Source: an uncultured Gemmatimonadales bacterium (GTDB taxonomy: Bacteria; Gemmatimonadota; Gemmatimonadetes; Gemmatimonadales; JACORV01). Taken from it: a stretch of DNA of 64,000 nt. The position numbers were made by a program, and so were the translations under genes. Positions 37,432-47,025 of the stretch are shown in pieces. Position 1 is the first letter of the stretch, and every line of letters starts with the position of its first letter. Under the pieces are notes generated by a model. The model worked only from the letters and a program-made list of their open reading frames with translations, had not been told where the DNA came from and did no database searches. The stretch covers positions 654,987 through 718,986 of the forward strand of contig CAWETG010000001.1 of NCBI GenBank assembly GCA_963812035.1. The letters are read 5' to 3'.

Positions 37432-38025
37432 TCACGGACGGGGTCTGCTGACGAACGGATTGTCCCGGACGTAGAAGCGCAGCTTCCAGTCCGCCGCGAC
37501 GCGGATACCGACGCGCGGTCCCGCCACCACCTGTCGCGCCGGCGCCGCTTCGCCCGCCGCGATCCACAGCGGCCGTGACGCGAGGCGGTGCCCGTTGAGG
37601 CGCCGGTCGATGCCGAGCGCCTGGGTGAGCCGGGCCGGACCGGCGGCCAGCGCCAGGTCGGGCACCCGGCCGCGCCGCCGCCGCATCGTGGCGAGCCCTT
37701 CCAGCGGCTCGGCGGCGCGCAGCAGGACGGCGGCCGGGTAGCCCTCCGGCTCCGTGACGACGTTCACGCACCAATGCATGCCGTAGGTGAAGTAGACGTA
37801 GGCGAGGCCGGGCGGGCCGTAGAGCACCTCGTTGCGCGGCGTGCGCCGCCAGCCGGCGGCATGGCACGCCGGGTCGTGCGGCCCGACGTAGGCCTCCGTC
37901 TCCACGATGCGCGCGAGGCAGCGCCGGCCCCCGACGACGGACACCAGCAGCTGCCCCAGCAGCGCCTTCGCGACGACAACAGTGTCCCGCGCGTAGAACC
38001 CGGGCGGGAGCGGCCGCAGGTTCAC
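37432..38025 (-). CDS. DNA-3-methyladenine glycosylase (AAG/Mpg family)
   Basis: IVETEAYVGPHDPACHA...YVYFTYGMHWCVNVV motifs. GTGA overlap with the upstream gene. Confidence 0.85.
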   Translation of the reverse strand: MNLRPLPPGFYARDTVVVAKALLGQLLVSVVGGRRCLARIVETEAYVGPHDPACHAAGWRRTPRNEVLYGPPGLAYVYFTYGMHWCVNVVTEPEGYPAAVLLRAAEPLEGLATMRRRRGRVPDLALAAGPARLTQALGIDRRLNGHRLASRPLWIAAGEAAPARQVVAGPRVGIRVAADWKLRFYVRDNPFVSRPRP

Positions 38026-39647
38026 GACTCCGGGGACGGCTCCTCGGGCTTCTTCTTCGACCGGCTGCGCGCGGCCGGACGCCGCCCGGCGCCGCCCCGC
38101 GCGCGCCGGCGCGCCGGTGGCTTCGCCTTGTCCGGCGTCGCCGGCTCCGCGGCGTCAACTTCCACGATCCCCACCATGGGCACACCCGCGGCCGAAGCCG
38201 CCGGACGCACCGAGCCGCGGCGGTAGCGGATCCCGCGGGCCGGTCCGGCGTGGCCGGCTGAAGGCGACGGCGCGACCGGCGCCGAGGGCGTGGCGGGCAG
38301 CGCAGGTGCCGCCGTCGCCGTCGCAGGTTCCACGACCTTTTCCGCGTGGTCCGCGACCCTGCCCCTGCCGCGGCCCCGGCCGCGGCGCCCACCGCGCCCG
38401 CCATGGGCCTCGGGTTCCGCGGGCACGGGCGCGGGCGCCGCTTCACCCTTCAGCGCCACCTCGAAGCCGCGCTCGTTCTTGGCCAGATCCACCAGCTCGG
38501 CGTCGTGCGCCTGGCGGAGCAGACGGCCGAACCGGGGCCGGTGGAACAGCGGATCCTGGGCGTTCCCGTGCAGCGCCTCCATCCGCTCGCGCACGATGTC
38601 CTCGTCTACGACCGTGGGCGCGAACGCCCCCACCTCACGCAGTGCCCGCTTCAGCAACTCGAACGCCTCCGCCAGCGACAGCGGAGCCACTCCGGAAGCT
38701 CCCGTCGCCGGCTTCTCGTGGGCCGGCTCCGGCGCGGGTCCGCGACCGCGTCCGCCGCGCCGCCCGCGGCGCGCCCGTTCCCCTCCCGGCAGCGCCTGCT
38801 CCCGGTCGTGCTCGGCGCGCTCCTGCCCGCGCCGCTCGTCCGCCCCGCCGGGAATCGGCGGCAGCGCCCGCTCCCCGCCGGGGGCCGAAGAGCCCAGGTC
38901 GATCTCGTACTGCCCGTTGTCGAGCTTGGTCGCGGTCAGCAGTCCCCGGCGCTTCGCCTCGTCCACGAACTTCGAGAACCGGCTCATCCCGACGTTCTTC
39001 TCGTCGAACGATGCATCCAGCTCCTGCATCACCTGCTTGAGCCGGTCCGAGCGCATCACGTCGCCGCGCTTCTTCATTTCCAGCACGGCGTCCACCACCA
39101 GCTCCCACGGATCGCGCCGCACACCCTCGTCCTCGCCGGCGCGGGCCAGGCCGGCCAGCTCGTTGTACGAGAAGTACTCGTCGCAGTTCTGGATCAGCAG
39201 GTCAGACGCCGACTCGCGGATGCCCACCCCGATGATGTACTTGCCGTACTCCTTGAGCTTGATCACCAGAGACGAGAAATCGGAATCCCCCGACAGGAGG
39301 ATGATCGTCCCGATCTCAGGCCGAGTGAAGACCAGCTCGACGGCGTCGATGGCCAGCCGGATGTCGGTGGCGTTCTTCTTGTTGGAGCCGAAGGCCGGCG
39401 CGAAGATCAGGTCGATCGACGCTTCCGACAGCGGCACGATGTACTGCGGATAGCGGCGCCAGTCAGCATACGCCCGCTGGACGGCCACCTTCCCCCGGAT
39501 GACTTCCGAGTTCATCAGCTTCCGCAGCTCGACCTGGAGATCGGAGCGGATGCCCATCGTGACGTTGTCGAAATCGATCAACAGTGCGGCATTCGGCGCA
39601 TGCGCCGGCGGCTGTTTGCTCGCCGGACGCGGAGACGGAAAGGTCAT
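38022..39647 (-). CDS. NYN (LabA-like) nuclease domain + two OST-HTH/LOTUS-like domains + Arg/Gly-rich tails
   Basis: NYN: LIDFDNV...KNATDIRLAIDA...LLSGDSDFSSLV. LOTUS-like: RSDRLKQVMQELDASFDEKNVGMSRFSKFVDEA. Low-complexity tracts RRGRRGGRGRG and GGRGGRRGRGRGRGR. Confidence 0.75.
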   Translation of the reverse strand: MTFPSPRPASKQPPAHAPNAALLIDFDNVTMGIRSDLQVELRKLMNSEVIRGKVAVQRAYADWRRYPQYIVPLSEASIDLIFAPAFGSNKKNATDIRLAIDAVELVFTRPEIGTIILLSGDSDFSSLVIKLKEYGKYIIGVGIRESASDLLIQNCDEYFSYNELAGLARAGEDEGVRRDPWELVVDAVLEMKKRGDVMRSDRLKQVMQELDASFDEKNVGMSRFSKFVDEAKRRGLLTATKLDNGQYEIDLGSSAPGGERALPPIPGGADERRGQERAEHDREQALPGGERARRGRRGGRGRGPAPEPAHEKPATGASGVAPLSLAEAFELLKRALREVGAFAPTVVDEDIVRERMEALHGNAQDPLFHRPRFGRLLRQAHDAELVDLAKNERGFEVALKGEAAPAPVPAEPEAHGGRGGRRGRGRGRGRVADHAEKVVEPATATAAPALPATPSAPVAPSPSAGHAGPARGIRYRRGSVRPAASAAGVPMVGIVEVDAAEPATPDKAKPPARRRARGGAGRRPAARSRSKKKPEEPSPES

Positions 39648-39655
39648 GGACTCCT

Positions 39656-41224
39656 TCAGGAGGCTGTGTGTTCCAGCGCGACGACCTGCGCCAGTTCGCG
39701 ACGCTTTACCTTCCCGCTCGCCGTCAACGGGAGTGCGTCGAAGAACCGCACCAGGTCGGGCACCTTGTAGTCGGCCATCTGCTTCCGGGCGAAGTCCGTG
39801 ATGTCCTCGCCCCGGAGGATGGCGCCCTCAGTCGGTACGACACAGGCGCACACCATCTCACCGAGGATGTCGTGGGGGACGCCCACCACGCAGACCTCCT
39901 CGACGCCAGGATGCGCCCGCAGCACATCTTCCACTTCGCGCGGGTAAACGTTGTAGCCGCCCCGGATGATCATCTCCTTGCGGCGCCCGACGATCCGCAC
40001 GTAGCCGTCTGCTTCCAGCATCGCCAGGTCGCCGGTGAGGAAGAACCCCTCCGGCGTAAAGGAGCGCCGGGTCTCGGCCGGCATCCGGTGGTACCCAGAC
40101 ATCACGTTCGGCCCCTTGACCGCCAGCTCGCCCACGGCCTCGACGCCGTGCAGCTCGCCGGTGGTCACGTCCACGATCCGCAACTCCACGCCCGGCAGCG
40201 GCCGTCCCACTGTCTCCACCCGGCGGTCCGGCGGGTCGTCGGCCCGGGTGAGCGTGACCGTCGGCCCCGTCTCGGTCAGGCCGTAGGCGATCTCGACGTT
40301 GCACGTGCGCCGTACCTCCGTGACCAGGTCGGGCTGGACCGGGCTGCCGGCAATGATCCCCGTCCTGAGCTGCGGCAGCCGCGCCCGCGCGAAGCCGGGC
40401 TGCCGCACCAGAAGGTGGAACATCGTCGGCACCCCGTGACACACGGTCACCCGTTCCCGCACCATCAACTCGACCGTCGCGGCGGGGTCGAACCGCTCGT
40501 CGAGTGCCAGGGTCGCGCCGGCCGCGACCGCGCCCGCCATCACGCTGGTGCCGAAGATCGTGAAGAACGGCACCGCTGCCAGCACCACGTCGTCCGCCGT
40601 GACCCCCAGCGCCCCCGCCACCGCCACCGCTGTCCCCACCACGTTGCGGTGCGAGAGACACACGCCCTTGGGTTTGCCCATCGTGCCCGACGTGTACAGG
40701 ATCGCGAACGTCGCGTCAGGATCACGCGGGCCCGCCGGCGCCTCGAGCCGGGCCCCCTTCGATACCAGGTCCCGGTACGGGAAGACCCGGTCGTCGTACC
40801 AGTAGTCACCGCCGCCGACGGCGACGAGGTACTGGACGTCGGGCAGCTCGGCGATCAACTCGTCGAACAGCTCCACGAAGTCCCTTCCCCCGTGGCTCTC
40901 GGCGGTCACCACCACCGAAGCCTCGGCATGGCGCAACTGGTACGTGAGCTCGTGGTGCCCCAGCCCGGGATTGATGGGAACCAGCACCGCGCCGAGCCGC
41001 GCCGCGGCCAGGGCGGTGGTGAGCCACTCCGGCCAGTTGGGCAGGTTGACGGCGATCGTGTCGCCGGCCTCGATGCCAAGATCGGCGAGGGCTGCGGCGA
41101 AGGCGTCGGCATCACGGCTTGCTTGCGCGTAGGTTAGGCGCCGGTCCCCGCTGACGGTGAACGGCCGCTCAGGATACCGCGCCACGGCGGCGTCGAAAAC
41201 GTCGGCCAGATGAACCGATGGCAA
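39656..41224 (-). CDS. AMP-dependent acyl-CoA synthetase/ligase
   Basis: [17 protein letters not shown] and GKVKRREL motifs. There is no ATG near the N-terminus, so I placed the start at TTG 41224. The start is uncertain. Confidence 0.8.
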   Translation of the reverse strand: MPSVHLADVFDAAVARYPERPFTVSGDRRLTYAQASRDADAFAAALADLGIEAGDTIAVNLPNWPEWLTTALAAARLGAVLVPINPGLGHHELTYQLRHAEASVVVTAESHGGRDFVELFDELIAELPDVQYLVAVGGGDYWYDDRVFPYRDLVSKGARLEAPAGPRDPDATFAILYTSGTMGKPKGVCLSHRNVVGTAVAVAGALGVTADDVVLAAVPFFTIFGTSVMAGAVAAGATLALDERFDPAATVELMVRERVTVCHGVPTMFHLLVRQPGFARARLPQLRTGIIAGSPVQPDLVTEVRRTCNVEIAYGLTETGPTVTLTRADDPPDRRVETVGRPLPGVELRIVDVTTGELHGVEAVGELAVKGPNVMSGYHRMPAETRRSFTPEGFFLTGDLAMLEADGYVRIVGRRKEMIIRGGYNVYPREVEDVLRAHPGVEEVCVVGVPHDILGEMVCACVVPTEGAILRGEDITDFARKQMADYKVPDLVRFFDALPLTASGKVKRRELAQVVALEHTAS

Positions 41225-41337
41225 CGACCTGCCCCCACGCAACGCAAGCAGGGAATTGTACTCACCGCCGGGACCGCTGGCCAGCCGCCGACCTGGCGTC
41301 CCTTGAGGCGCCGGAGCGCCCGACCCCATATTGGCGC

Positions 41338-42624
41338 GTGGCCCTGGCCTTCCGCCGCAGCATTTTCGTCTGGCTCGTCGTGGTCGCGGCGATCCCCGCC
41401 GGCGTCGGCGTCGGGGTGACGCTGCTCGCCCCGCGGCTCGCGGTGCCGGTCGGCGGCGTCGCCGCCTGGGACCGGGCCGGCGCGACGTGGCGCAACGTCG
41501 ACAGCGCGCTCGCCCACCAGAATCTTCCGGCCGCTGCGCGCGCGGCACTGGCGCGCCACCGCGACGAGCTCAGCAACTCGGTGGGGCGCGCGCACCAAAG
41601 CCTGTTCATCCGCAACGCCGTGGCGGCCGCGCTCGGGGGAGTGGTCGCGGCCCTCGCCGCGCTCGTCGCCCTGGGCACCCTCCGCCTCGCCGGCCACCTG
41701 TCGCGTCAGTTGTCGCGTCCGATCGACGAGTTGATCGCCTGGACCGGGCGCCTGACGCGTGGCGAGCCGCTGCCGGACACGCCTCCGGCCAAGGGCGCGC
41801 CCGAGTTCGACGTGCTGCGCAACGCGTTCCGCACCATGGCCGCGGACCTGGCCGCGGCGCGCGCGCGCGACGTGGAGGCCGCGCAGCTCCGGGCCTTCCG
41901 CGACCTCGCCCGCCAGGTGGCCCACGAGCTCAAGAACCCGCTCACGCCGCTGCGCTTCGCCACGTCGCGCCTCACCCAGGAAGCGCGGCCCGACCAGCGC
42001 GAGCTGCTCGAGATCATCGACGGCGAGAGCGAGCGCATCGAGCAGATGGCGAGGGACTTCGCCACCCTGGGCCGGCTGCCCGAAGGACCGCCCGCGGCCG
42101 TCGACCTCGGTGAGCTAGTCGAGACCCTCGTCAAGGGCACTGTGCCTCCCGGCATCGCCGTGCGCATCGATCGGGCGCCGGACCTGCCGATGGTGAGTGC
42201 CCACTACGAGCCGCTGCGCCGGGCGCTGCACAATCTGGTGCTGAACGCATGCGACGCCTGCGAAGCGGCGGGCACGGGGGCACGGGGGCACGGGGGCACG
42301 GACGAGCCGGCGGGCACCGGGCCACGGGGGCACGGGGGCACGGAGGCGGCCACCGCGCCGGCGATCAACATCGCGCTCCGCGCAGTGGCCAACGGCGCCG
42401 CGCCCGCCGTGCAGGTCGTGATCGCGGACACGGGCGTCGGCATCCCGCCCGAGCAGCTGGGCCGGATCTTCGAGCCGTACTTCACCACCAAGGCGAAGGG
42501 AACCGGCCTGGGCCTGGCGCTGGTGCGCCAGACGATCCACGACCACGGGGGCTCGATCGGCGTGGCGAGCGAGCCGGGTCGCGGCACGACGTTCACCATC
42601 ACGCTGCCCTTGGCGCGCGCATGA
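41338..42624 (+). CDS. NtrY-like sensor histidine kinase (2 TM, HAMP, HisKA, HATPase)
   Basis: H-box [13 protein letters not shown]-box [11 protein letters not shown]-boxes DTGVGI and GTGLGLA. Start placed at GTG 41338 because ATG 41218 would overlap the divergent ligase start. Confidence 0.8.
   Translation: MALAFRRSIFVWLVVVAAIPAGVGVGVTLLAPRLAVPVGGVAAWDRAGATWRNVDSALAHQNLPAAARAALARHRDELSNSVGRAHQSLFIRNAVAAALGGVVAALAALVALGTLRLAGHLSRQLSRPIDELIAWTGRLTRGEPLPDTPPAKGAPEFDVLRNAFRTMAADLAAARARDVEAAQLRAFRDLARQVAHELKNPLTPLRFATSRLTQEARPDQRELLEIIDGESERIEQMARDFATLGRLPEGPPAAVDLGELVETLVKGTVPPGIAVRIDRAPDLPMVSAHYEPLRRALHNLVLNACDACEAAGTGARGHGGTDEPAGTGPRGHGGTEAATAPAINIALRAVANGAAPAVQVVIADTGVGIPPEQLGRIFEPYFTTKAKGTGLGLALVRQTIHDHGGSIGVASEPGRGTTFTITLPLARA
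42268..42343 (+). repeat. tandem GGGGCACG octamer tract, duplicated block, in frame inside the kinase gene
   Basis: gcgggcacgggggcacgggggcacgggggcacgg is followed after 8 nt by gcgggcaccgggccacgggggcacgggggcacgg. The tract encodes [25 protein letters not shown] between the N-box and G1-box. Confidence 0.85.
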
Positions 42625-43997
42625 CGCGGCACCCGCTCGTGCTCGTGGTCGACGACGAGGCCAACCTGCGCCGGATGCTGGGCGCGGTGCTCGCGGCCGA
42701 CGGCTACCGCACCGCCGAGGCGGCGTCGGGCACCGAGGCCATCGCCGCCGCCGGGCGCCGCCGGCCCGACGCCGTGTTCCTCGACCTGTCGATGCCGGGC
42801 GGCCCCGACGGGCTCGAGACGCTCGAGCGCCTCAGCGCCGAAGCGCCCGGCGTTCCGGTGATCATGATGAGCGGGCGCGCAGGGCTCTCCGACGCCGTGC
42901 GCGCCACCAAGCTCGGCGCCTACCACTTCCTCGAGAAGCCGCTGGCCCCGGAGGCGGTGCTGCTCACCCTGCACTCGGCGCTCGAGTTGGCGCGCGCCCG
43001 TGCCGAGGCGTCGGCGCTGCGCGAAGTGCTCGGCCCCACCGCCACCCTCGTGGGCTCCAGCCCGCAGATGGCCGAGCTGCGGTCGTTGATCGCCCGGGTC
43101 GCAGCCACCGAAGCACGGGTCCTCGTTTCCGGAGAGTCCGGCACCGGGAAGGAGCTGGTGGCCGGCGCGATTCACGCGGCGAGCCAGCGCGCCGACGGGC
43201 CGTTCGTCCGCGTCAACTGCGCGGCGATCCCGCGCGAGCTCGTGGAGTCGGAGATGTTCGGCCACGAGCGCGGCTCTTTCACCGGCGCGACGGAACGGCG
43301 CGCCGGGCGCTTCGAGCAGGCCGACGGCGGCACGCTGTTCCTCGACGAGGTGGGCGATCTGTCGTCCGAGGCCCAGGCCAAGTTGCTGCGCGCGCTCGAG
43401 GGCGGCGAAGTGGAGCGGGTCGGCGGCGACCGCCCGATCCCAGTCGACGTGCGCGTCGTCTCCGCGACGAACAAGGACCTGGAGCGCGCCGCGCGGGACG
43501 GCCGCTTCCGCGACGACCTGCTCTACCGGCTCAACGTCTTCCCGATCGCCATCCCGCCCCTGCGGGAGCGGCCCGGCGACATCCCGGAGCTGGTGAGCCA
43601 CTTCGCCACTTTGGTCACGCAGCGCATCGGCCGGCCCGCGGTGACCGTGACGGACGAAGCCATGGACGTGCTGGTGCGCCATCCGTGGCCAGGGAACGTG
43701 CGGGAGCTGGCCAACATCGTCGAGCGGCTGATCATCCTCTCGCCACGCTCGTCGATCGGCGCCGACGACGTGGCGGCCGCCCTTCCTGCCGGCGAGGGCC
43801 GGGAGGAGCGGCTCCCCAACCCCGCCGCGATGACGCTGTCGCTGAGCGATGAACTCGACCGCTTCGAGCGGGTGCTGATCGCGCGGGCGCTCTCCGCCGC
43901 CGGCGGCAGCGTGGCGGAAGCCGCGCGCCGCCTCTCGACGGACCGGGCCAACCTCTATCGGAGAATGAAGCGGCTGGGCATCGAGCAGCCGTCGTGA
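42621..43997 (+). CDS. NtrX/NtrC-like response regulator (REC + AAA+ + Fis-type HTH)
   Basis: ATGA overlap with the kinase. DAVFLDLSMPG, Walker A GESGTGKE, a GSFTGA variant of GAFTGA, and C-terminal AARRLSTDRANLYRRMKRLGI. Confidence 0.85.
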   Translation: MTRHPLVLVVDDEANLRRMLGAVLAADGYRTAEAASGTEAIAAAGRRRPDAVFLDLSMPGGPDGLETLERLSAEAPGVPVIMMSGRAGLSDAVRATKLGAYHFLEKPLAPEAVLLTLHSALELARARAEASALREVLGPTATLVGSSPQMAELRSLIARVAATEARVLVSGESGTGKELVAGAIHAASQRADGPFVRVNCAAIPRELVESEMFGHERGSFTGATERRAGRFEQADGGTLFLDEVGDLSSEAQAKLLRALEGGEVERVGGDRPIPVDVRVVSATNKDLERAARDGRFRDDLLYRLNVFPIAIPPLRERPGDIPELVSHFATLVTQRIGRPAVTVTDEAMDVLVRHPWPGNVRELANIVERLIILSPRSSIGADDVAAALPAGEGREERLPNPAAMTLSLSDELDRFERVLIARALSAAGGSVAEAARRLSTDRANLYRRMKRLGIEQPS

Positions 43998-44053
43998 CGT
44001 GTCGGAACGACACGGCGGCTCCGTTGCCAGGGAGACAGACCCCCGGCCGGTCG

Positions 44054-44080
44054 CAAGTTGCGAGAGTCCAAGTTGCGAGA
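44054..44080 (+). repeat. two tandem 15-nt units of the AGTTGCGAGA repeat core
   Basis: caagttgcgagagtc caagttgcgaga, which has the same 10-mer and 15-nt periodicity as the arms of the full copies. Confidence 0.6.
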
Positions 44081-44108
44081 TTCATTTGACTTGAGGAGAG
44101 CCGGGCCG

Positions 44109-44124
44109 CGGCATGAGCCGTGCC
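44109..44124 (+). promoter_or_regulatory. weak candidate sigma-54 (-24/-12) promoter
   Basis: cGGCATgagccgTGCc has correct GG-N10-GC spacing, 35 nt before ATG 44159. It departs from TGGCAC-N5-TTGC at several positions. Confidence 0.25.
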
Positions 44125-44158
44125 TTTGCACCACCCGGCACCCCTGCAGGAGCGTGGC

Positions 44159-45931
44159 ATGATCAAGGCAGTGATCGCAGCAGTTGTCCTCCTGAGCGTC
44201 GCCCGAGCGGCCTGGGCCCAAGACACTACCATCACGATCCGGCCGACGCAGCACGGAGCGGGCGCGCAGCCCGCGCGGCAGTTGCCGCGCGATGTGGCCG
44301 ACGACGTCATCCGGTTGTTCAACGCCGAGAGCACGATCCGGCTCACCGGCGCGACGCGCATCCCCGCGGGCCGGGGTGTCGACGGAGACCTCGCGGTGCT
44401 CGGTGGACCGGTAGTGGTGGGGGGCCGAGTGAGCGGCGCCCTGGTGGTCGTGAACGGCGACGTGATCTTCGACTCAGGCGCCGTCGTCGGCGGCCCCGTG
44501 CTGGTGGTGGGCGGCTCCGTCCGGGGTGCCGACCAGGCAAGCATCCAGGGCGAGGTCCGCTCCTACGCCGATCCACTGCGCTACCGGCGGCAGGGCGACC
44601 AGTTGGTGTACGCGCCGGAGCGCATCTTCCAGCCGCCGCGCTGGATCGAGCAGTACGGCTGGGGCGAGGACCAGACCAATCATGCCGGCATCCTGCTGGC
44701 GCTCGCCGGAACGTACAATCGCGTCGAGGGGCTGCCCATCCTGTTTGGCCCCCGCGCCGATCTCCGGGTCGCCGACCAGCTCCGCTTTCAGGCGGACGCG
44801 ACCGCCATCTTCCGCACCAGCGACATTTCCTTCGACAGCAACGACATCGGGTACCGCGCCCACGCGGAGTTTGTGCTGGGCAGCGCCGACCGGAACATCG
44901 GCCTCGGCGTGCGCGGCTACGACGTGGTGGCCCCGATCGAGCCCTGGCCGCTCAAGGACTTCGAGGTCGGCTGGGCGTCATTCCTGTTCCACCGCGACTA
45001 CCGCGACTACTACCGGCGCCACGGCGGAAGCCTCTTCGCCACGCTGCAGCTCTCCCCCGCGGTGTCGTTCACGGCCGAGGGCCGCGACGAGCGCGAGTCG
45101 TCGCTCGACGCCCGCACGCCGTGGACCCTGTTCAGGACCGACGAGACCTGGCGGGTGAACCCCGCCATCACGGACGGCAAGTATCGCTCGGCGGTCGCCT
45201 CCTTCCGCATCGACACGCGCAACGACCGGGGCACGCCGAGCGCCGGGTGGTTCGTGACCGGCGAGTACGAGCTCACACACGGAGGTGACGTCACCGGCGA
45301 CCTGGGGCTGCTGCAGTGCATCAACGCCGTGTGCGACGACCCGGCGCTGGCCAACGGCAATCTGGGGTACGAGCGGATCGCATTCGACGCGCGACGCTAC
45401 CTGCGGCTCTCGCCGACCGGCCGGCTCGATTTACGCCTGGCGGGCGGCGGCTGGGCCGGCGGTGGGCCGCTCCCCCTGCAGCAGCGTGCCTCGCTGGGCT
45501 ACCCCGACCCGCTGCCGGGCTATGGATTCCGTCAGTTCTCGTGCGGGGGGGACGAGCTGCCGGGCGATCCGGCGTTGTGCGATCGCGCGGTGGTGGCCCA
45601 GGCGGAGTTCCGGACCCACCTCGGTTTCGACTTCGGGCCCAAGTGGGCGAGCGACTGGGGCGACAACGGCGACGAGCACTATGAACCGTTCCACGTGAGC
45701 GGACCCGACCTGGTGTTCTTCGCCGACGCGGGCCGCGCCTGGTCGGTTTCGCGCGACGGAAGCGCGGGGCCGGACATCATTCCTGCCGACAAGCTGCCGG
45801 CGCTGAGCACCTTCCGCAGCGACGTGGGCGTGGGGCTCGACTTCGGCCCGCTCGGCTTCTACCTGGCAAAACCGCTCGACCAGGCCAATCTCGCGGTGAC
45901 CTTCACCGTGCGGATGGGCCGCCGCTTCTAG
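44159..45931 (+). CDS. Omp85-family outer-membrane beta-barrel with an N-terminal bactofilin-like beta-helix repeat region in place of POTRA
   Basis: Start at ATG 44159 (GGAG upstream) with signal MIKAVIAAVVLLSVARAAWA. Repeats GDLAVLGGPVVVGGRVSGALVVVNGDVIFDSGAVVGGPVLVVGGSV. C-terminus ...FFADAGRAW...DVGVGLDFGPLGFYLAKPL...VRMGRRF, with a terminal Phe. Confidence 0.65.
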   Translation: MIKAVIAAVVLLSVARAAWAQDTTITIRPTQHGAGAQPARQLPRDVADDVIRLFNAESTIRLTGATRIPAGRGVDGDLAVLGGPVVVGGRVSGALVVVNGDVIFDSGAVVGGPVLVVGGSVRGADQASIQGEVRSYADPLRYRRQGDQLVYAPERIFQPPRWIEQYGWGEDQTNHAGILLALAGTYNRVEGLPILFGPRADLRVADQLRFQADATAIFRTSDISFDSNDIGYRAHAEFVLGSADRNIGLGVRGYDVVAPIEPWPLKDFEVGWASFLFHRDYRDYYRRHGGSLFATLQLSPAVSFTAEGRDERESSLDARTPWTLFRTDETWRVNPAITDGKYRSAVASFRIDTRNDRGTPSAGWFVTGEYELTHGGDVTGDLGLLQCINAVCDDPALANGNLGYERIAFDARRYLRLSPTGRLDLRLAGGGWAGGGPLPLQQRASLGYPDPLPGYGFRQFSCGGDELPGDPALCDRAVVAQAEFRTHLGFDFGPKWASDWGDNGDEHYEPFHVSGPDLVFFADAGRAWSVSRDGSAGPDIIPADKLPALSTFRSDVGVGLDFGPLGFYLAKPLDQANLAVTFTVRMGRRF

Positions 45932-45935
45932 GAGG

Positions 45936-46604
45936 GTGAACCGGGCTGCGGGGCTCCTGCTCGCGCTGCTGGTGAGCGCCGGCCCCACGGCTCGCGCCCA
46001 GGAAGTGCGCGAGCGCGCCCCCCCTGTCCGGCCCCACCTGTCCATCGCACTGTCGCGCGACTCCGCGAACGGCATACGGCCGCCGGTGTTGCGCGCCGAG
46101 CACCTGCTCGACGACGGCGTCTTCGAAGGGGCGCTGCGGAACGGGTTTTCCGTCCGGTTTCACTTCCGCCTGGAGCTGTGGCGCAAGGCGGCGCTGTTCG
46201 ATCACCTGGAGCGCGACGTCGAGTGGGACGCGGTGGTCCGGCTGGATCCGCTCACGCGAGAGTTCGACCTGATCCGGACCGGCGGCGATGTGGAACACTA
46301 CACCGCGATGGAGGCGGTGAGCCGCGCGCTGGCCAGGTCGTTCACCGTCGAGTTGCTGCCGCCCTCGGCCGGGGCCGGCGCCCGTTACTACTACCTCGCC
46401 ACGCTTGAGATCGCGTCGCTGTCGCAGTCGGAGCTCGACGAGGTGGAACGCTGGCTGCGGGGCGACGTGGGCCCGGCGATCTCGAGCCACGGCGGCTTGA
46501 CGAACGCCCTCGCGGTCGGGGCGCGCCGCCTCCTCATTCGCCTGTCGGGGCTCCCGCACCTGCGACTGGAGGCGCGCACCGCGACCTTCCTCGCAGGACG
46601 CTAG
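45936..46604 (+). CDS. secreted hypothetical protein, possibly DUF4390-type
   Basis: GTG start 4 nt after the upstream stop, followed by a signal peptide. The family call is from memory only. Confidence 0.45.
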   Translation: MNRAAGLLLALLVSAGPTARAQEVRERAPPVRPHLSIALSRDSANGIRPPVLRAEHLLDDGVFEGALRNGFSVRFHFRLELWRKAALFDHLERDVEWDAVVRLDPLTREFDLIRTGGDVEHYTAMEAVSRALARSFTVELLPPSAGAGARYYYLATLEIASLSQSELDEVERWLRGDVGPAISSHGGLTNALAVGARRLLIRLSGLPHLRLEARTATFLAGR

Positions 46605-47005
46605 GTCTTGAAGCGCGCGTCGATGGCGCGGCGGATCTCCTCCAGCATGGCGCCCTGGCCGTGCAGCTGCGCCGCCATCGCCGCCTCATCCAGGCAGATG
46701 TCACACGACGCCGCGTGCTCGGACTCGTAGCACGTCAGCAGCGACACGTGCCCCATGTCCTCCTTGCAGTGGCAGTAGCAGTACAGCCCGTCAAACACCT
46801 CAGGCATCGTGCGCGCGGCCGTGTAGGCGCGCACCAGGCGCTCGTCCTCGCCGAACAGCGAGGCGGGCAGCACCTTCGCACCCGTAATGCCCGGCCGCGG
46901 CGTGGGATGTTGCCCCACGCCCGCCGCACGCGTCGCCAGCACGATCGCGACGATCGCGACGACGGCGGCGCCCGCCACCAGCCAGGGAAGCTTCGTTCTC
47001 GCCAT
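46601..47005 (-). CDS. membrane-anchored CYCxC (PCYCGC-like) motif protein
   Basis: N-terminal TM segment. GLYCYCHCKEDMGHVSLLTCYESEHAASCDIC is a Cys/His-rich putative metal site. Its stop overlaps the convergent DUF4390-like stop in the palindrome CTAG. Confidence 0.6.
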   Translation of the reverse strand: MARTKLPWLVAGAAVVAIVAIVLATRAAGVGQHPTPRPGITGAKVLPASLFGEDERLVRAYTAARTMPEVFDGLYCYCHCKEDMGHVSLLTCYESEHAASCDICLDEAAMAAQLHGQGAMLEEIRRAIDARFKT

Positions 47006-47025
47006 CGTGCTCCCCGCTGCGCCGC

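Noticed and set aside
41218-41337. ATG 41218 as the start of the NtrY-like kinase (the ORF-track start).
   Set aside because: It would overlap the divergently transcribed acyl-CoA ligase start region. The encoded 40 residues are Thr/His/Arg/Pro-rich and lie before the first TM segment, so GTG 41338 is preferred. This remains uncertain.
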